Positions 60,128 to 64,000 of a stretch of DNA of 64,000 bases are shown here, piece by piece (the stretch's first letter is position 1; every line of letters begins with the position of its first letter). Under the pieces are notes generated by a model. That model made no database searches and was not told the DNA's origin. It saw only the letters and a list, made by a program, of their open reading frames with translations. The stretch is from assembly GCA_035948415.1 (NCBI GenBank), contig DASZJD010000111.1, positions 17,873 through 81,872 on the forward strand. Reading direction: 5' to 3'. The DNA comes from Acidimicrobiia bacterium. Its GTDB lineage: Bacteria > Actinomycetota > Acidimicrobiia > IMCC26256 > PALSA-555. The position numbers and the translations under genes are program-made.

Positions 60128-63100
60128 GGGCGTCGCCACCGATCAGCGAGGACGTACACCGGGTCGGTGAGCAGCTCGACGACGGGGACGCGGGCGAGCA
60201 CGTCGTCGTCGAAGCTCGTCTCGGTCTCGGTGACGGCGTCCTTCAGCGCTCCGTACCGACCCTGGTAGCCCTCGAGCACGCCGCGCATGGCGTCGGCGGC
60301 GAGGAGATCCGCGAACTCGACGTGCAGCAGTGTGAGACCCACAGTCTGATTGTGCTTGACCTCGGGCACGATGACGAGGGTGCGACCGTCGGCGCGGCCC
60401 CGCACCGCGGTGACCTCCCGCTGGTTCGCGATCCGGTGCTTCGTGCCCCGCAGCCGGGGGTCGGCGTCGGTTCGGGAGGTGATGGTGGCCGCGACCCCGC
60501 CCCTGTCGACGACGTGCGCGCTCGCGTGGTCGCCGCCGACGTCGCCCTCGATTCGGTAGCGGGTGTAGCCGTGCACGGCGTCGACGGCCGGGTCGAGCTC
60601 GGCGAGGGTGCGGAGCGCCCGGTAGCTGAGGCCGTCGCGGGGGGCGCCGGCGGCGAGGACCTCCCGCACCAACGGGACCTGCAGCAGCGTCTCGTCGGAG
60701 CGCGAGATCCCGACGGTGACCGTCTTGGCTTGATGCTTGATCGCGTCCACGGGGCGCGTGAGCTCCTCGATCGCCCGGGTCAACGCGGCGGTGAGGTCCT
60801 GCACGACCGTGCTCGGGGTGCCGACCAGCCCGTGCTCGACCTCGTAGGCGTCCAGGGGCACGACGCCAGCCGCGTAGCGCAGCAGCGACGCCACCCGGGT
60901 GGCGGTGCTGGCCTCGAGCGTCCCGTCGTACTGCCCGGCGCGGAGCCCGTCCAGGAACCGCTGCGCGGGCCCGTCGAGCGCCGGCGCGAGACGATCGAGG
61001 AGCTCCTCGGGCGGGCCGGCCGCGGCCGCCTCGATCGCGGCCCGGCACTCTCGGAGCGGCCGGGCCGACCCGTCGATCGCCAGCGCCGCCTCGTAGCAGA
61101 ACAGGTGCCCGGCCACCGTCGACAGGACGAAGTCGAGCGCCGCGTCCACCGCGGGCACGGCCACCACCTCGAGCGCGTGGGCGAAGCGGGGGGCGTCATC
61201 CTCCCCCACGATGACGATGGGCGCCGCCCGGTGGGCCCCGTAGATTGCGACCTCCTTCGTCACGTCGTCGACGTTCGAGCCGCCGAGTCCGGCGGCGCAC
61301 ACCAAGACCAACGGCTCGGAGGACAGGTCGATGTGCTTCTTGTCCTCGGTGACGTCGCAGGCGATCGCCTTGTAGCAGAGCTCGGAGAGCTTGATCCGGA
61401 GCTCCCGGGCCGCGACGACGTTGCGGCCGTTCCCGACCACCGCCCAGTAGCGGCGCGTCAGCACGTGGCGCTGGGCCACGCCGGCGATCACCGGGCGCAG
61501 CGCGATCACAGCCCGCATCGCGTCGGGCAGCGCGCGGAGGGCAACCAGGATCTCGCCCGAGCGGGCCGACTCGACGCCGAGCTCTGCGGCCAGCGCGACC
61601 GCGAGCAGGTGGCCGGCGGCCACCTGGGCGTAGAAGGCCTTCGTGGACGCGACGCTCATCTCGACGTCGCGGCCGTCGGACGTGTACAGCACGCCGTCGG
61701 ACTTGTCGACGAGGTCGCTGTTCCGGCGGTTGACGATGGAGACGACGGTGGCGCCTCGGGCTCGTGAGAGGTCCACGGTCCGGTTCGTGTCGGTCGTGGT
61801 CCCGCTCTGGCTGATCGCGACGACGAGCGTGTCCCGCATGTCGTCGCGCAGCCCGAACCCGGACAGCTCGGTGGCGTGCAGGGCGTCGACGGTCAGGCGT
61901 CCGTCGAGGACGTCCGCGAGGGCGAGGGCCAGGCTCTGCCCCGCGACGGCGGCGGTGCCCTGCCCGATCACCACCACCCGTCGGATCGTGCCGTCTCCCA
62001 GTCGCTCGAGGAGGAGCGGCGGGAGGGTCTCCGGCCCGAGCTGGACCGTCGGCGGCCCGTCCGTCCCGCCCGGCTCCGAGCCGGTCACGATCTTGCCTCG
62101 CAGCGTCTTGCGGAACGAGTCCGGTGCCTCGGAGATCTCCTTGAGCAGGTAGTGCGGGAAGGTCCCGCGGTCGATGTCGCGCGTGGTGATCTGCGCCCGC
62201 TGCACGTCGGCGTCCGTGACCGGCAGCGGTGTCCCGTCGTAGGCGCGGCGCTCGATCCCGTCGAGGGTGCCGGCCGCCGCGCCGTGCACCACGACGACCT
62301 GTCCCCGCGTGGCGGCGGGACGTCGCGGGTCTGCCGGCGTCTCGCCGTCGAGACGGATGTAGCGCGAGGTCTCCTCGACGAGACCGTAGGGCTCGCTCGC
62401 CACGACGAAGGCGTCCTCGGCGAGCCCGACGTACAGGGCCTGTCCACTCCCCCGGAGAGCCAGGAAGAGCGCGTCGGGCTGCTCGGCCTGCGTCGCCGCG
62501 ACGGCCACCGAACCCTCGAGGGTGGTGACCGCAGCGCGGAACGCGTCGGTCGGGGTCCGGCCCTCGGCTCGTCGCCGCGCCGTGAGCATCGGGATGACCT
62601 TCGTGTCCGTCGTGATCTCGGCCGGGACGTGGAGGTCATCGCCCGCGATGAGCTCGGCGTAGTTGTCGACGTCGCCGTTGAGGGCCGCGGCGACGTACGC
62701 GGCGTCGCGGCCGGCCTCTTCCCCGTTCAGCGGGTGGGCGTTCGCCTCGGAGATGATGCCGACGCTGGCCCAGCGGGTGTGGCCGAGCAGCGTGACCTCG
62801 ACGGTGTCGGCCGAAACGGCCTCGTGGAGCAGCTCGTCGTCGCCGATGGCGGCGCGGAGGCGGCGGGTGTTGTCCCCGAGCTCACCGATCTCGGCCGCCG
62901 CCTTGTAGACGAACACGAGCCTGCCGTCGGCGGCGCGGATCGATCCCGATCCGAACAGCGGGTCGGCCGATCGCTCCTCGAGCCGGCTGGCGGTCCTGGG
63001 ATCGTCGAGGTCGAGGCCGTGCCCGCTCACGAGGAGGTGGACGCCAGCCGAGTCGCGGCCGCGGACCTCGAGGCGGTCGATGGCCGACAGCGCGGTCTGG

Positions 63101-63558
63101 ACGGAGGTGAAGGCCTCGATGGCGGCGACCGATGCGTCGGGGCCGGCGAGGTCGGCCACGGCCCGGGCGGCGCGGAGCCGGTCGTGGCGGATCGCCCAGA
63201 GCGGGTCCCGGACCGCCAGCAGCGTTGCGTTGAGCGCCTCGAGCGCGACGCTCGCCGGCGGGTGCGCGCCGGCGTCGAGTTGGTTCTCGATGACGGCGAG
63301 GGCGGCGGCGGCGCGCTCGGCGCGCTCGTCGAGGCGCTGCCCCGCCGCGGCGTCGGCGAGGAGTGCCCGGACGCCCGGCACCCCGCGCAGGGCGCTGTCG
63401 ACGGTGCTGAGGGCCGTGGCGGCCCGTTCGAGAGCGGCGAGGTCGCCGGCCCAGTCGGTGAGCGCCGCGACCGCCTGGTCGAGCGAGGTGACGAGCGCCG
63501 GGATCTCCGGGGGCGGGCGCGTCGCCCGACGGCGAACCACCCCGATGATGCCGCACAT
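60124..63558 (-). CDS. Giant glutamine--fructose-6-phosphate aminotransferase (GlmS) homologue, 1144 aa: class-II amidotransferase, 2x SIS, with large insertions and a C-terminal extension
   Basis: Starts MCGIIGV. Other motifs: LEVRGRDSAG, GHTRWASVGIISEANAHP, TDTKVI, FPHYLLKEISEAPD, AISQSGTTTDT, SVASTKAF and HQAKTVTV. It sits in the conserved slot between glmM and acpS. Confidence 0.85.
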   Translation of the reverse strand: MCGIIGVVRRRATRPPPEIPALVTSLDQAVAALTDWAGDLAALERAATALSTVDSALRGVPGVRALLADAAAGQRLDERAERAAAALAVIENQLDAGAHPPASVALEALNATLLAVRDPLWAIRHDRLRAARAVADLAGPDASVAAIEAFTSVQTALSAIDRLEVRGRDSAGVHLLVSGHGLDLDDPRTASRLEERSADPLFGSGSIRAADGRLVFVYKAAAEIGELGDNTRRLRAAIGDDELLHEAVSADTVEVTLLGHTRWASVGIISEANAHPLNGEEAGRDAAYVAAALNGDVDNYAELIAGDDLHVPAEITTDTKVIPMLTARRRAEGRTPTDAFRAAVTTLEGSVAVAATQAEQPDALFLALRGSGQALYVGLAEDAFVVASEPYGLVEETSRYIRLDGETPADPRRPAATRGQVVVVHGAAAGTLDGIERRAYDGTPLPVTDADVQRAQITTRDIDRGTFPHYLLKEISEAPDSFRKTLRGKIVTGSEPGGTDGPPTVQLGPETLPPLLLERLGDGTIRRVVVIGQGTAAVAGQSLALALADVLDGRLTVDALHATELSGFGLRDDMRDTLVVAISQSGTTTDTNRTVDLSRARGATVVSIVNRRNSDLVDKSDGVLYTSDGRDVEMSVASTKAFYAQVAAGHLLAVALAAELGVESARSGEILVALRALPDAMRAVIALRPVIAGVAQRHVLTRRYWAVVGNGRNVVAARELRIKLSELCYKAIACDVTEDKKHIDLSSEPLVLVCAAGLGGSNVDDVTKEVAIYGAHRAAPIVIVGEDDAPRFAHALEVVAVPAVDAALDFVLSTVAGHLFCYEAALAIDGSARPLRECRAAIEAAAAGPPEELLDRLAPALDGPAQRFLDGLRAGQYDGTLEASTATRVASLLRYAAGVVPLDAYEVEHGLVGTPSTVVQDLTAALTRAIEELTRPVDAIKHQAKTVTVGISRSDETLLQVPLVREVLAAGAPRDGLSYRALRTLAELDPAVDAVHGYTRYRIEGDVGGDHASAHVVDRGGVAATITSRTDADPRLRGTKHRIANQREVTAVRGRADGRTLVIVPEVKHNQTVGLTLLHVEFADLLAADAMRGVLEGYQGRYGALKDAVTETETSFDDDVLARVPVVELLTDPVYVLADRWRRP

Positions 63559-63569
63559 CTGAGATCAGC

Positions 63570-63998
63570 CTACGCGGGCTGTGCGGGAGCACCGCAGGCG
63601 CGCTGGACCGCGCCGACGAGGCGGTCGGCCATGAGCTCGGCCTGCTCGAGGCTCGGTGCCTCGACCATGACGCGCACGACCGCCTCGGTGCCGGAGGGTC
63701 GCACGAGCACGCGCCCATCCGGTTCGAGGTCGCGCTCGATGGACGCGGCCTCCTCCCAGAACTGCCCGGCCTCGTCGAGCGCAGCCCGGTCCCGGACGGG
63801 CACGTTGCGGAGGACCTGCGGAAACCGCTGCATGACGCCGGCGAGGAGCGACAGCGAGTGGCCCGTCCCGACGACCACGTCGAGGAGGAGAGCGCCCGTG
63901 AGCGCACCGTCCCCGGTGCGCTCATGATCCCGGAAGATGATGTGCCCAGACTGCTCGCCGCCGAGCGACAGGTCTCGGCGCTCGAGCTCGTCCATCAC
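63570..63998 (-). CDS. glmM: Phosphoglucosamine mutase, C-terminal part (gene continues beyond the window)
   Basis: Motifs: GGEQSGHIIF, TGDGALTGALLL and RVLVRPSGTEAVVRVMVEA are typical of GlmM domains III-IV. The frame is open to the window end. Confidence 0.9.
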   Translation of the reverse strand: MMDELERRDLSLGGEQSGHIIFRDHERTGDGALTGALLLDVVVGTGHSLSLLAGVMQRFPQVLRNVPVRDRAALDEAGQFWEEAASIERDLEPDGRVLVRPSGTEAVVRVMVEAPSLEQAELMADRLVGAVQRACGAPAQPA

Positions 63999-64000
63999 GT

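Noticed and set aside
63559-63569. Looked for a glmS ribozyme or other leader in front of the glmS-like gene.
   Set aside because: Only 11 nt separate the glmM stop from the ATG, so there is no room for a structured RNA element.
1-64000. Scanned for tRNA/rRNA genes, transposases, integrases, phage genes, toxin-antitoxin pairs, restriction-modification or other defence systems.
   Set aside because: No ORF shows signatures of these families. No cloverleaf-like or rRNA-like segments were noticed in the intergenic regions. The window looks like conserved housekeeping chromosome. This was a search by eye only, so short ncRNAs could have been missed.

Overview
This is a very GC-rich chromosomal core segment of actinobacterial type. 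G+C looks above 70% by eye (not computed), and real genes show a strong G/C third-codon-position (GC3) bias. I call about 66 protein-coding genes. I saw no rRNA, tRNA, CRISPR array, transposase, integrase or prophage genes.

Gene content, left to right:
- A GT-C-like membrane glycosyltransferase (5' partial), an aldo/keto reductase and several hypotheticals.
- Three AMP-dependent acyl-CoA ligases.
- A 5TM-GAF-GGDEF diguanylate cyclase translationally coupled to a His-rich exported protein.
- rhodanese, then glpD, an AGPS-like flavoprotein and a glycerol-kinase-like gene.
- A sulfotransferase, a DUF4097-like protein and a minimal class III cyclase, which look like one unit.
- A SAM methyltransferase, a MATE exporter and an 819-aa spermidine-synthase-like double-membrane protein.
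- Two TMEM175/DUF1211 channel paralogues flanking cupin, DUF1214-like, MOSC, alpha/beta-hydrolase and PspA genes.
- mdh, a J-domain protein, icd, and a small Zn-ribbon protein followed by folD, purH and purN.
- Three small membrane proteins, then sucDC with a stand-alone B12-binding domain gene.
- pcrA, dtd, class I aldolase, guaA, a GuaB3-like gene, a NUDIX CoA pyrophosphatase, and an orphan groES with a CIRCE operator.
- A gap-free 13-gene minus-strand operon: glmM, a giant glmS-like gene, acpS, nnr, CBS, alr, hydrolase, S58 peptidase, UDG, tsaE, tsaB, rimI, tsaD.

The six-frame track contains many long Arg/Pro/Gly/Ala-rich shadow ORFs and 5' over-extensions. I trimmed starts using SD-like motifs, 4-nt start/stop overlaps and homology to family N-termini.

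Most interesting observations:
- A 1144-aa GlmS homologue, about twice the canonical length, sits in the glmS slot.
- A twin-arginine-signal His/Asp/Gly-repeat tail-anchored protein is coupled to the GGDEF enzyme, with a perfect 15-nt direct repeat in its divergent promoter region.
- A TMEM175 paralogue has its conserved FSD motif upstream of any in-frame canonical start codon.
- TANNNT boxes recur 6-8 nt before start codons, implying leaderless mRNAs.
- A 12-bp perfect palindrome abuts the pcrA start.

All family assignments come from reading motifs by eye. No HMM or BLAST search was run.
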